64,000 nt of DNA from Balanoglossus misakiensis. Its lineage: Eukaryota; Animalia; Hemichordata. The position numbers were made by a program, and so were the translations under genes. A model generated the notes under the pieces. That model saw only the letters and a program-made list of their open reading frames with translations. It was not told the DNA's origin and did no database searches. The stretch spans positions 20,186,303 to 20,250,302 of the forward strand of contig CM082577.2 of NCBI GenBank assembly GCA_040954595.2. Reading direction: 5' to 3'. Within the stretch, counting starts at the first letter, position 1; every line of letters begins with the position of its first letter. Positions 12,196-24,827 of this stretch are shown here, piece by piece.

Positions 12196-14184
12196 TAGGT
12201 CCCATTGGTATAGGCCTATATACCATGGGACCTTATGGGATGGGTTGCGTCTGTATGTATGTATGGATGGATGGATGTATGGATGTATGGATGTATGGAT
12301 GTATGTCCGTCCACATCAAAAACTTGAAAACCGCTGCGCGTATCACCTCAATATTTGGTGTGTAGGTGCAGGCTGGGCTGTAGATGGGAGTTTGTCCAAA
12401 CGAAGTTGCCAGGCCCAAAAATATGCAAATTAGCTTGTAAAATGTGAAATTGATCAAAACTCTGTAACTCAACAATTACTGGTCAGATTGCTTTGAAAAT
12501 TGATATGTATGTACCTTATGTCAACCTCACACCGACCTGTAAGTGTTAAGTTGATATCATGGATGTTTTATTTTTTATGAATTTTTTAGTCTTTTTATTA
12601 AATTTATACCTTTACTTATACCTCTATGGTTAAGCTATGTCCACGTCTTATTGTGGAATTCTGGTCTGTGCAATAGTCCTGTACAGTGACTGTCTATTGG
12701 CCAGTGAGCACAATGGGGCCAAAATAAAAGGCAAATTTTTGGGCTCACCTGTAACACCTGCTTAACACATTAATTATGTGCATACCTAATTCCGGGCTAA
12801 TTAATAGGGCTAGAGGTTTCGTTCTTGTGGGACATGGACCAGTATAGGGTCAAAATTTCTTGCCCAAATTTTGGGTGACCTCAGGTGACCTTTGACCTAC
12901 TTTCCTTTATCTGGGCATCCAGAGCAGGTACAGACTTGGCGTTTGGAGGGTTGGGACTAAAATTGAAAAGAAAAAATATGGGTCACCTGTGACACCTGCA
13001 TATCTCATTAATTATGTGCATACCTAATTCCAGGCTAACCAATAGGGCTATAGGTTTGGTTTTTGTTGAACATGGACCAGTATAGGGTCAAAATTTCTTG
13101 CCCAAATTTTGCATGACCTCAGGTGACCTTTGACCTACTTTTCCATATCTTGGCATCCAGAGCAGGTACAGACTTGGCGTTTGGAGGATTGGCACTAAAA
13201 TTGAGAAGCCAAAATTGGGGGTCACCTGTGACACCTGCATATCTCATTAATTATGTGCATACCTAATTCCAGGCTAACCAATAAGGCTATAGGTTTGGTT
13301 TTTGTTGAACATGGACCAGTATAGGGTCAAAATTTCTTGCCCAAATTTTGCATGACCTCAGGTGACCTTTGACCTACTTTTCCATATCTTGGCATCCAGA
13401 GCAGGTACAGACTTGGCGTTTGGAGGATTGGCACTAAAATTGAGAAGCCAAAATTGGGGTCACCTGTGACACCTGCATATCTCATTAATTATGTGCATAC
13501 CTAATTCCAGGCTAACCAATAAGGCTATAGGTTTGGTTTTTGTTGAACATGGACCAGTATAGGTCAAAATTTCTTGCCCAAATTTTGCATGACCTCAGGT
13601 GACCTTTGACCTACTTTTCCATATCTTGGCATCCAGAGCAGGTACAGACTTGGCGTTTGGAGGATTGGCACTAAAATTGAGAAGCCAAAATTGGGGGTCA
13701 CCTGTGACACCTGCATATCTCATTAATTATGTGCATACCTAATTCCAGGCTAACCAATAAGGCTACAGGTTTGGTTTTTGTTGAACATGGACCAGTATAG
13801 GGTCAAAATTTCTTACCCAAATTTTGCATGACCTCAGGTGACCTTTGACCTACTTTTCCATATCTTGGCATCCAGAGCAGGTACAGACTTGGCGTTTGGA
13901 GGATTGGCACTAAAATTGAGAAGCCAAAATTGGGGGTCACCTGTGACACCTGCATATCTCATTAATTATGTGCATACCTAATTCCAGGCTAACCAATAAG
14001 GCTATAGGTTTGGTTTTTGTTGAACATGGACCAGTATAGGGTCAAAATTTCTTGCCCAAATTTTGCATGACCTCAGGTGACCTTTGACCTACTTTTCCAT
14101 ATCTTGGCATCCAGAGCAGATATGCTTATTGCTATGTTGCTATGTGCTATGTCCTCAAATGGGACCACAGTGTCCTTGACGCTA
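12196..14184 (+). mobile_element. Non-autonomous Helentron/DINE-like element, family 1 (long form with satellite)
   Basis: Same 5' hairpin, (ATGG)n tract and 3' AATGGGACCAC-AGTGTCCTTGACGCT end as the 10184 copy. The core is a ~239-bp tandem array. Confidence 0.8.
12746..14119 (+). repeat. ~238-239-bp tandem repeat, about 5.8 units
   Basis: Unit marker CACCTGT(G/A)ACACCTGC recurs at 12746, 12984, 13223, 13461, 13699 and 13938. Each unit has TGACCTCAGGTGACCTTTGACCT. Confidence 0.95.
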
Positions 14185-14296
14185 TTTTTACATTTTATCA
14201 TGACCGACATACTGACAACAGCGCAACGCGCACGCAGGCGAAGTACATGTAGATGTTGTTTATTTTCGGGGAAATAAAAAAATAAACAACAACAAC

Positions 14297-14506
14297 CACC
14301 GTCATGATAAACAACGCGGTATCTTGAATTGCTTGCTGCAGTTTTGTAGCTCCTCCGGCTCCCCTTGACGATTTTTGTTTTTGACGGGGAGCGGGCTACA
14401 AAACTGCAGCAAGAATATTGAGCCGCGCGATCGAGCAGATGAGGCAAGAAGTGGCTTCAAGCTTGTGTCTAAAGCCCACGACACCGCGTTGTTTATCATG
14501 ACGGTG
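14297..14506. mobile_element. Small TIR element
   Basis: Perfect 24-bp inverted repeat CACCGTCATGATAAACAACGCGGT / ACCGCGTTGTTTATCATGACGGTG. No clear TSD. Confidence 0.5.
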
Positions 14507-14851
14507 TTTGTTTGTTTGTTTATTGATTTATATGTTTGTCTGTCTGTCTGTCTGTTTGTTTGTTTGTTTATTATATATTAATATGTTTAGCCTGTGCAGC
14601 AAATGTTACAAAATATACAGTACATGTACATCACATTTTCTGTATTACAGTCGAACTGTCCATGATGTAATTTGAAAGTTTTGCCATCAGTGAGACTAGT
14701 AATTTTGTTTGTGGAAACCATTTGTGAACACGTGATCCTCACAGGGTCATGAACTTTGTTTTCCGGTTGGTGTTTCTGTAGTTTGTGTCTTACGATCAGT
14801 TGACCTAAATCATAGGGGGCGCTCCCTCCATATTTTTAGTGTGTGTTTTTT

Positions 14852-17800
14852 TAGGGGCACAAGCCTATCGGGCTTGTGCCCCTATTGGTATTGTTGGAAT
14901 ATTTAGGGCCCAAGCGCAAGCAAGCGCTTGGGCCCTATTGGTTTCGTCTGGGTTTTTTAGGGCCCAAGCGCAAGCAAGCGCTTGGGCCCTATTGGTTTCG
15001 TTGGAATTTTTACGGGCCCAAGCCAAGCCAGGCTTGGGCCCGTATTGGTTTCGTTGGAGTTTTTCTTTCTTTATTCTTATGTCAATCTTTGCTCTCCTAG
15101 ATCTCTGAAACGGCTACAGGTACACTTCTCAAACTTGCTACAGTGGTCAAGGTCAATGAGTAGATGTGCAGTGGCTTGTGAATATTTAATTAGTCACGTG
15201 ACCTGGCGGCCATATTGGATTTTCTGAACATCTTTAAATGGCTTCTTCTCAAAAACCACAGTGCCAATCAAGTTCAAATTTGGTGTATGGTACACATGTC
15301 CTCTGCCCTTCAAAGTTTGACAATAAAATCCTGAGCGGTCATGTGACTTTGGCCGCCATATTGGATTTTCGAAAAAGTACAGTAAAATCTTCAAAAATCT
15401 TCTTCTCCAGAACCGGCAATAACCGAGTCATGGGATTTAGGGTATGACATCACCTAACTGATGTCTATCAAGTTTGCGAAGAGCGTTGTGATTGGTCGAA
15501 GATTATGGCGGCCATTTTGGATTTTGTAAAAACCAGTGAAAATTAAGAAATCATTTTTCTAGTCTAAAAATTGATAGCATACAAATTCTTTTTGTGGATA
15601 TGAGTCGTCATATGACTAGAATATGTTGCAAATTTTTTGGCAATTTTCACATGACCTTTGACCTACTTTTTTAAGAACCTGCATATATGCATATATAGCT
15701 CATACTACATGTTCTAAATGTACCAGAGTTCTGATGTTTGTGCATATTGGTATCACCCCTGCCAGGACCTACCCCAAATATTTTGGTAATTTTGGCAATG
15801 ACCTTTGACCTACTTTTGACACATCGTTTTTTCTGCATATCTAATTCCAGGCTAACCTATAGGGCTATCATTTTGGTTTTTGATGTATGTGGATTTGTAT
15901 GTGATCAAAAAATTTCGCTACTTTTCATGACCCCTTTGACCTCTGCTGACCTCATTAAATATGTGCATACCTAATTACAGATGAACCAATAGACCTAGAG
16001 GTTTGGTTTCTGTTGGACATGGACCAGTATTGGGTCAAAAAATTTTGCCCAAATGTTGGGTGACCTCGGGTGACCTTTGACCTACTTTTGCATATCTCGA
16101 CATCCACAGCAGATACAGCCTTGGCGTTTGGAGGTATGGGGCCATAATGAAAAGCCAAAGTTTTGGGTCACCTGTGACACCTGCTTAACTCATTATTTAT
16201 GTGCATACCTAATTCCGGGCCAACCAAAAGGGCTAGAGGGCTGGTTTTTGTTGGACATGGACAACTATGGGTCAACATTTTCTGCCCAAATTTTGGGTGA
16301 CCTCAGATGACCTTTGACCTACTTAACACTATATCAGCACCAAACATAGATATAACCTTGATATTTCATGGGATAAAACACAGCATTATATTTCTACTCA
16401 TTAATTATGTGCATATATAATAATCTGATCAGATAATAGAGCTTGGGCCCGGACAATGCTGCTTGCAGCTTTAATTCTTTCTTTCTTTCTTTCTTTCTTT
16501 ATTCTCCTGTCAATTCTTCGGCCAACGAGATCTCTGAAACTACTGCAGGTACACTGCTCAAACTTGCTACAGTGGTCAAGGTCAATGAGTAGATGTGCAG
16601 TGACTTGTGAATACTTAATTAGTCACGTGACCTGGCGGCCATATTGGATTTTCTGAAAAAATGCAAATCTCAGATCTCAGAAATTACAAGTCAGATCAAC
16701 TTCAAATTTGGCATGCAGGTAGACTACCTTCTGCCCATCATTTTTGTAATCGGAAATTATGCTGTAAAAGTTGCAGTTTTTTTGCTACAATTTTTTTCCT
16801 GAAATCTGGCTTAAATTTTAAAAATCTTCTTCTCCACAACCAGTGATAACCGAGTCACGGTGTTTGGGGTATGTGGTCACCTAACTGATGTCTATCAAGT
16901 TTGCGAAGATCATTGTGATTGGTCGAAGATTATGGCGGCCATATTGGATTTTCGAAAAACCATAGTTAAACTCCAAAAATCTTCTTCTCCAGAACGGGCG
17001 ATGACTGAGTCGCAAGATTCGAGGAGTATGGTCACTACACTGATGTCTATAAAGTTTGCAAAGAGCATTGTGATTGGTCGAAGATTATGGCGGCCATATT
17101 GGATTTTGTAAAAAGCAGTGAAAAATTGAAATTCCTTTTTCTAGTCTAAAAATTGTTAGCACAGAAATTCTTTTTATGGATATGAATCATCATATGACTA
17201 CAATGTGCTATAAATATTTTGGTAATTTTGGCAATGACCTTTGACCTACTTATCACGCGTTATTATTTCTGCATATCTAATTCCAGGCTAACCTATAGGG
17301 CTAGACGTTTGGTTTTTGATGCATGTGGATTAGTGTGTGATCAAAATATTTTGCTACTTTTCATGACCCCTTTGACCTCTGCTGACCTCATTAATTATGT
17401 GCATAGCTAATTACAGGCGAACCAATACAGCTAGAGGTTTGGTTTTTGTTGAACATGGACCAGTATGGGGTCAAAAATTTTTGCCCAAATGTTGGGTGAC
17501 CTCTGGTGACCTTTGACCTACTTTCGCATATCTCAACGTCCAGACCAGATACAGCCTTGGCATTTGGCAGGATGGGACCTAAATGTAAAGCCAAATTTTT
17601 GGGTCACCTGTGACACCTGCTGACCTCATTAAATATGCACATACCTAATTACACGCGAACCAATAGAGCTAGAGTTTTGGTTTTTGTTGGACATGGCCCA
17701 GCATGGGTCAAAATTTTCTGCCCAAATGTTGGGTGACCTCAGGTGACCTTTGACCTACTTTACCCTATTTCAGCCGCAAAAATACACACGTCCTTGTTAT

Positions 17801-20546
17801 GTCATGAGATAATACACCCGATAGAAAATTCTGTTTCTTCTCATTCATACTGTGCATATATAATTCAAGATCAGCGCTTGGGCCCGACAATGCTGCTTGC
17901 AGCTTTAATCTGTCTTTCTTTCTTTATTCTTGGTTCCATTCTTTGGCCAACGAGATCTCAGACACCGCTGCAGGTACACTTCTCAAACTTGCTACAGTGG
18001 TCAAGGTCAATGAGTAGATGTGCAGTGACTTGTGAATACTTAATTAGTCACGTGACCTGGCGGCCATATTGGATTATCTGAAAAAATTCAAATCTCAGAT
18101 CTCAGAAACTACAAGTCAGATCGACTTCAAATTTGGCATGCAGGTAGACTACCTTCTACCTGTCATTTTTGTAATTGGATATTTTGCTGTCATTGTTGCA
18201 GTTTTTTTGCTACAGTTGTTTTTCTGAAATCTGGTCAAAATTTCAAAAATCTTCTTCTCCAGAACCGGTGATAACCGAGTCACGCGGTTTGGGGTATGTG
18301 GTCACCTAATTGATGTCTATCAAGTTTGCGAAGATCATTGTGATTGGTCGAAGATTATGGCGGCCATATTGGATTTTCGAAAAACCATAGTAAAACTTCA
18401 AAAATCTTCTTCTCCAGAACGGGCAATAACTGAGTCGCAAGATTTGGGGAGTATGGTCACTATACTGATGTCTATCAAGTTTGCAAAGAGCATTGTGATT
18501 GGTCGAAGATTATGGCGGCCATATTGGATTTTGTAAAAAGCAGTGAAAAATTAAAATTACTTTTTCTAGTATAAAAATTGATAGCATACAAATTCTTTTT
18601 ATGGATATCAATCGTCATATGACTACAATATGTCACAAATTTTTGGCGGTTTTTCACATGACCTTTGACCTACTTTTCACACATTATTATTTCTGCATAT
18701 CTAATTCCAGGCTAACCTATAGGGCTAGACGTTTGGTTTTTGATGCAAGTGGATTAGTGTGTGATCAAAAAATTTTGCTACTTTTCATGACCCCTTTGAC
18801 CTCTGCTGACCTCATTAATTATGTGCATAGCTAATTACAGGCGAACCAATAGAGCTAGAGGTTTGGTTTTTGTTGAACATGGACCAGTATGGGGTCAAAT
18901 TTTTTTGCCCAAATGTTGGGTGACCTCTGGTGACCTTTGACCTACTTTCGCATATCTCAGCATCCAGAGCAGATACAGCCTTGGCATTTGGCAGGATGGG
19001 AGCTAAATGTAAAGCCAAATTTTTGGGTCACCTGTGACACCTGCTGACCTCATTTAATATGCACATACCTAATTACAGGCGAACCAATAGAGCTAGAGTT
19101 TTGGTTTTTGTTGGACATGGACCAGTATGGGTAAAAAAAATTGCCCAAATGTTGGGTGACCTCAGGTGACCTTTGACCTACTTCACCCTATTTCAGCAGC
19201 AAAAATACACACATCCCTGTTATGTCATGAGATAATACATCCGATATGAAATTCTGTTTCTTCTCATTCATACTGTGCATATATAATTCAAGATCAGCGC
19301 TTGGGCCCGACAATGCTGCTTGCAGCTTTAATTCTTCTTTATTATTCTTCTTCTTCTGAGATTTTCGGCCAGGTAGATCTGGAAAACGGCAGCACCTAGG
19401 GGGCTGAAACTTGGTGGGGTGTTAGGGGCCAATGAGTAGACGTGCAGTGGCTCGTGAATATTTAATTAGTCACGTGACCTGGCGGCCATATTGGATTTCC
19501 TGAAAATCGTTAAACAAGTCCTTCTCAAAAACTACTGGGCCGATCGAGTTCAAATTTAGTGTGCAGGTAGCCTACCTTCTGTCCATCATTTTACCCAATT
19601 GAAATCATGACGTCACACATAAAGTTTTTTTGCTACAATTGTTTTTCTGAAAAACTACTTAAAACTTTAAAAATCTTCTTCTCCAGAACCAGCGATTGCC
19701 GAGTCACGGGATTCGGGGTATGTGGTCACCTAACCTATGTCTATCAAGTTTGCGAAGCGCACTGTGATTGGTCGATCATTATGGCGGCCATGTTGGATTT
19801 TCGGAAAACCATTGAAAAATGAACATTCCGTTTTGTAGCCAAAATGTTGACAGCACGTAAATTCTTTTTTTGAATATGAGTCATCATATGACCGGAAGTT
19901 GTCACAATTTTTCGGGGCAATTTTCACATGACCTTTGACCCAGTTTTAAAACAACTAATTATATATGCATATTCCCCATACCTCCTCTCGTCAAAGCACC
20001 ACAGTCATGAATTTTGTGGACATGGGTACCAATGCTGCCAGGACATGACACAAATATTTTGGTAATTTTGGCAATGACCCTTGACCTATTTCTGAAACAT
20101 CATTTTTCTGCATATCTAATTCCCGGCTAACGAATAAGGCTAGAGATCTTGTTTTAGTTGGACATGGCCCACTCTGCGGTCAAAATGTTATGCCCAAATT
20201 TTGGGTGACCTTGGATGACCTTTGATCTAATTTCCCATATCTCAGCATCCACAGCAGTTAGAGTCCTGGCTTTTTAGGGGCCGATGGAGCACATATGGAG
20301 TCTTACACAAGACCTCATTAATTATGTGCATACCTAATTCTAGGCGAACCAATAGAGCTAGGGGTCTGGTTTTTGTTGGACCTAGACTAGTATGGGGTCC
20401 GATTTTGTTGCCCAAATTTGGGGTGACCTCAGGTGACCTTTGACCTACTTTCCCATATCTTGGTATCCACAGCAGATACAGCCTTGGCATTTGCTGGTTA
20501 CCATGGGAACCGCTTGTGCCCCGCCAACGCTGCTTGCAGCTTTAAT
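14852..20546 (+). mobile_element. Four nested non-autonomous Helentron/DINE-like elements, family 2
   Basis: Four 5' hairpins at 14852, 14904, 14958 and 15011, then four ~1.2-1.4-kb bodies. Each body ends in subTIR + GCTGC-TT-GCAGC stem-loop + TTTAAT, at about 16476, 17909, 19333 and 20546. Confidence 0.8.
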
Positions 20547-20610
20547 TTTTATTGTAATTGATTGGCATAATACACAAACAAAAATGGTCATGTTTGTTTG
20601 TTGACATGTT

Positions 20611-21866
20611 ACCAGTCCGGGTAATGTCTCAGGGTGGAATAGTAGGATTGACCAATCGGCGATCGCCATTGCGATACATCATGAATATTTAATCACCCAA
20701 GTTTAGCACCATTTATGCGAAACTTCTTCGGTGATTTTCGGTGGTTTTTGACCCTTTATTTTGAGGCATTAAGCAGTTTGGCTATGTAAACAATATCCAC
20801 ATGGTCTGTCACTGAGAAAAATGGTGACTAACATGAGCTGTAAGTGAATAAGCCTGACGATTTTTTCAACTTTGCCTGTCGTGTATGATGAGATTTTACG
20901 AGAAGGATTTTAGAGTCCGAGATTTAACGCGTGTCGTAATATTCTCTATTTAGGTGCGACTTATCAGAATCTGTTTTGATTGTACGACAGAGAGCATTTT
21001 CCGAGCATTCCATTCCAATGAATCAAGGGTCAAGTTTTCAAATAGGTGAATGGTACGCGTGTTTTCCGATATCAATACATAATGCATAGCAATTGTTTCA
21101 GTTGTCAACGGTGGTACATGTACTGTTTGCACACTTGCTGGAGTTTTAGTTCTGGGGAGCTCTGTCACCCCGTTTCTTTTTAATATGCTAAATTTTACTT
21201 GAAGTTTTATTTGACTATATGGACTTCAATGCCAGACAATGCCTAGGCTAAATTTTCTAAGTATCGTGCCTTGTGAAAATTTAGCTTCTCCATGCATAGT
21301 CCTGCGTAAGGTCTGTCTGTTTGCGGCATTACATGGCCTCCACCGCAGCCCTGCAACGGTCCATAGACAAAACTGGTGTGTCTGCAGCCCAGATCCGGAC
21401 CGCAGCTTTTTGGCCGATTTTATCGAAGCAAAATCCTTTCCCTGTCTCCTTCTACCTCCTATCCAACTCCAAATACGATACGATTAATTTCTCCTAATGG
21501 AGGTGGAGGCCGTGTAACACTGCGTATGCACAGACTTGGACGGAGGGCTACTCCATGCATGGCCATGGTTGAAACGACCCCCAAAATCCTCCATATATTT
21601 TGTCTGTCGTAACGTAATTAAAATTAAACTGTGGCCATCATTTTGTACGATGGCACGCTGGATAAGCTTCCCTCGCTAAAGTATCACAAAACTAAACAAT
21701 TCCGGTTAGCGCGATTTCGTTTCAGGAATGCAAATCTCAAAGAAGAAAACACAGTTGAGGAAATAAATCAACGAACGAACGCAAAAACTTTGACCCTTAT
21801 TAGATATAATTATGACATTTGATTGGTCAATCCTACTATTCCACCCTGACACATTACCCGGATGGT
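20611..21866. mobile_element. TIR element with ~46-bp inverted repeats
   Basis: CCGGGTAATGTCTCAGGGTGGAATAGTAGGATTGACCAATC at 20617 and its reverse complement at 21821-21861. TSD not resolved. Confidence 0.6.
21297..21550. mobile_element. TAG...CTA MITE with 9-bp TSD (Academ-like)
   Basis: CTCCATGCA|TAGTCCTGCGTAAGGTCTG...CAGACTTGGACGGAGGGCTA|CTCCATGCA. Arms are related to the 49446 element. Confidence 0.75.
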
Positions 21867-22258
21867 TATAAGGGTAGGGTTAGCGTTGGGATTTATTCTC
21901 TTTCTCTCAAAATATTCTTAAAGTCTAGACATATAGGGAAGTTAGTTTTTGACCCAATTTTGCAAAAATGCTGTTTGATTTGTGGTTCAAATTCTTTCAT
22001 TTGTAAGCCTTGGTATCCTTGATAAACTTTCTCAGATTTCTGCTTTGACCAAAACTGCACCCTTTGTATAAAGTCGCTATGAATGACAGAAAAGCCTAAA
22101 GCATATATATAATAAATCTTAGACAAGGTTTTGAATGTGTACTGCTATGGTGAACATATCAAATATAAAGAGTTCTTATATTTTTAAGCATGGCATTGTG
22201 GGGTGGGTGAGATTTCATTTTTCCTAATCACTCTTTGATAACATTTTCTTCATTCTAA

Positions 22259-23348
22259 GGCCAAATAAAAAAAGATGTGCTGTTCCGATTAAATATTTTT
22301 CAAAAATAGGGTAGGTAGGTAGGTAGGTAGGGCAATTTTTAGGTCCCATTGGTTTATACCATGGGACCATACGGGATCGGTTACGTTACTGTAAAACACT
22401 TTATTTTCACGAGCAATACATTTTCGCGAAATACGCGAGAGCCAAAATAGCGTGAAAATAAAAAGTCACGTAAATTTTTTTTGAAGATAATGATGCAGTG
22501 AATGAAATATGAGGACGCGAAAATTCATACTCGCGAAACAGTGGCCTCTCTCGATATCGCGAAAATTTTGACTCGCGAAAATAAAGTGTTTTACAGTATG
22601 TATGGATGGATGTATGTCTGTATGTCCGTCCACATCAAAAACTTGAAAACCGCTGCGTGTATCACCTTGATATTTGGTGTGCTGATGCAGGCTGGGCTGT
22701 AGATGGGAGTTTGTTCAAATGAAGTTGCCATTGCCAAAAATATGCAAATTAGCTGGAAAAATGTGAAATTGGTCAAAACTCAGTAACTCAAGAACTACTG
22801 GTCAGATTGCTTTACAAAGTGGTGTGTATTTACTTTATTGAGTTGTTTTAATTAGGCAGGAACCCCATCCTGTGATATTTATATACACTGTACACAGCAA
22901 ATTCCTGAATGATTACATAACTGGCTAAGTTTTAAAGAGGCCAGCTGTTCTATTTAGTATATGTACAGTAAATATGCCATTGGCAGCTTATGGGTCAGTC
23001 AGTGTTTGCCCATTGATCTCTCGCTATGTGTGTGTGTGTGTGTCTGTCTGTCTCAGTGTCTGTCTGTATATGGCCATGTACTCCGGTGTAGACTTATTCT
23101 TGTGTAATCCCTCAATGGGACCACTGTCCTTGACGCGATTTTTTTTTTTGCAATTTTTTTTATATCTTTGGCTGCCTAGTGTAGAAGAATGACGTCATAG
23201 TTATTTATTTTCATAAATTTTGTATATTTGACATCATTATTTTTACTTTCGGTTCAGGAAGCTCTAAAAAGTTTAGGATCGGCGGGCTAATATTAGAGTA
23301 GGTCAGGTAATGACTAATCGGAATAGCACATATTTTTTTCATTTGGCC
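22259..23348. mobile_element. PIF/Harbinger-type MITE hosting nested insertions
   Basis: TAA|GGCCAAATAAAAAAAGATGTGCTGTTCCGATT...AATCGGAATAGCACATATTTTTTTCATTTGGCC|TAA. Confidence 0.7.
22340..23138 (+). mobile_element. Helentron/DINE-like family 1 short copy, containing a Tc1/mariner-type MITE (22389-22596)
   Basis: Matches 10184-10740. Interrupted by TA|CTGTAAAACACTTTATTTTC...GAAAATAAAGTGTTTTACAG|TA. Confidence 0.8.
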
Positions 23349-23685
23349 TAATGGTTATTATGGCAACCAAGATATTTCACATTTATGTCTTTCAGAATTG
23401 CTTAATGCTTGGCCTGAATGAAAGAAGTCTTTTTACATGAACTGGGATTCACATTGCTATATTCAGAAATATCAACATGTCATCTGGTTTGTTGAACATG
23501 ACTACATTCCAAATTTAGATGTAAACCAGCAGAAGCTAGTGATCTTTGGACAAACAAAATCAGTTAGTACGTCTGCGGTTTTAAGGAATGCCAATTATTG
23601 GTGATTATGTTGTAGTTGATACTACATGTAAACAGGAAACACAAAGGAATCTGAGAACTCATATTCACAGTCCCAAGAAAGCAAA

Positions 23686-23801
23686 ATGCCTATTTACCAT
23701 GAAAAGCAGAAACGAGAACTTTGTGCATTGCATGCTCTGAATAATGTATTCCAAGATGGACAGGCATATAATAAACAGATGCTTGATGATATTTGCCAAA
23801 G
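23686..23801 (+). CDS. JOSD2: Josephin-domain deubiquitinase (JOSD1/2-like), coding exon 1
   Basis: [23 protein letters not shown] contains the catalytic Cys motif. Donor AG|GTATGT at 23802, phase 2. The JOSD1 vs JOSD2 assignment is not resolved. Confidence 0.93.
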
Positions 23802-23894
23802 GTATGTATCGTTATTTATATTTCTAAGTTGTGGGCACATTTATTTGATCAATACTTGTAGTTTATGTCTGTTTACATACTTTCAAAAAGTGTA

Positions 23895-24478
23895 TTATAT
23901 TATATCATGCTACCGTCCGCAATTCTGATTGGACGAGAGCTCAATCCAGCGATGCTAAAATACTCAATAAAGCACTGCTAAAACGGGCCCCTGAACTAGC
24001 ATGCGGCAGCAAAAATGTGCGGTTAAACCACAGTCGAGCGTGTTTAAACCAAATAAATAAAACAAAAATACTGTTGAATTAACGGACGTTTTATTTTGGA
24101 ACTGCTCTGTGGAAATATTTGTCGCTTTGCCACGCGCGATGTCCGTCTTGTCACTTTTTGTCGTCTGCTTCATGTTTAATGCTCGATCCCGGCTGGATCC
24201 CGGCCGCTCGTGTTTACATTCATCGTCGCCATGTTGGTTCACGATCGTGATTTCTCTTTCTGACGCCGTTTCGGTAAGAAAATGACACTGATATGCCACA
24301 AAAACAATTGTTGATATGGTAATACAATAGCAATAACCCCCGCCTCAGTCGGGTATACACTCGATTTGGGTACAATTTGCTCCATATAGCACGAACCGTT
24401 AGGCTCGTGCTATATGTCTCGAATTGTACCAAAATCTCGTGTATACCCGCCTGCGGCGGGGGTTATTGCTTAATTATA
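23895..24478. repeat. Dispersed repeat ending in a ~145-bp hairpin (possible Crypton-type non-autonomous element)
   Basis: AGCAATAACCCCCGCC...GGCGGGGGTTATTGCT hairpin at about 24328-24470. A diverged reverse copy lies at about 55935-56360. No TSD seen. Confidence 0.55.
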
Positions 24479-24827
24479 AATTTATATTATAATACACCTT
24501 TTTTGGCACTACTGTAAATTTGGCATACAACTTCCCTTCGTACAAATGTACAGCCTATTGGGATGTAAATTATGTAATGGAATTGTTCCAATTTTTTGGA
24601 AAATTTTTGCAAATTTTTTAATTTAGTGATAAACGACTATTCATGGCAGGTAAACAGCTATCTGCACGTAGCTAAACACCAGCTTGGCTGTTGTTATTTT
24701 GTTTCACAATTTTTAAGCCCTTTTTGTGCACTGCATGTGACAAATAAAATATCAACAGTGTTTTCTCTTGACTGCACATTTTACGCATTTTAGCCGTCAT
24801 GTTCCCAGCACAGAAAGTGTGTCAAAT

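Noticed and set aside
12746-14119. Regular repeat array as a possible CRISPR
   Set aside because: The units are contiguous ~239-bp near-identical copies with no unique spacers, there are no cas genes, and the context is eukaryotic.
14839-20669. Recurring similar ORFs (e.g. ...YLISHVTWRPYWIF, MTFDLL...) as a gene family
   Set aside because: They are translations of the repeated Helentron-like bodies, with no conserved frame between copies.
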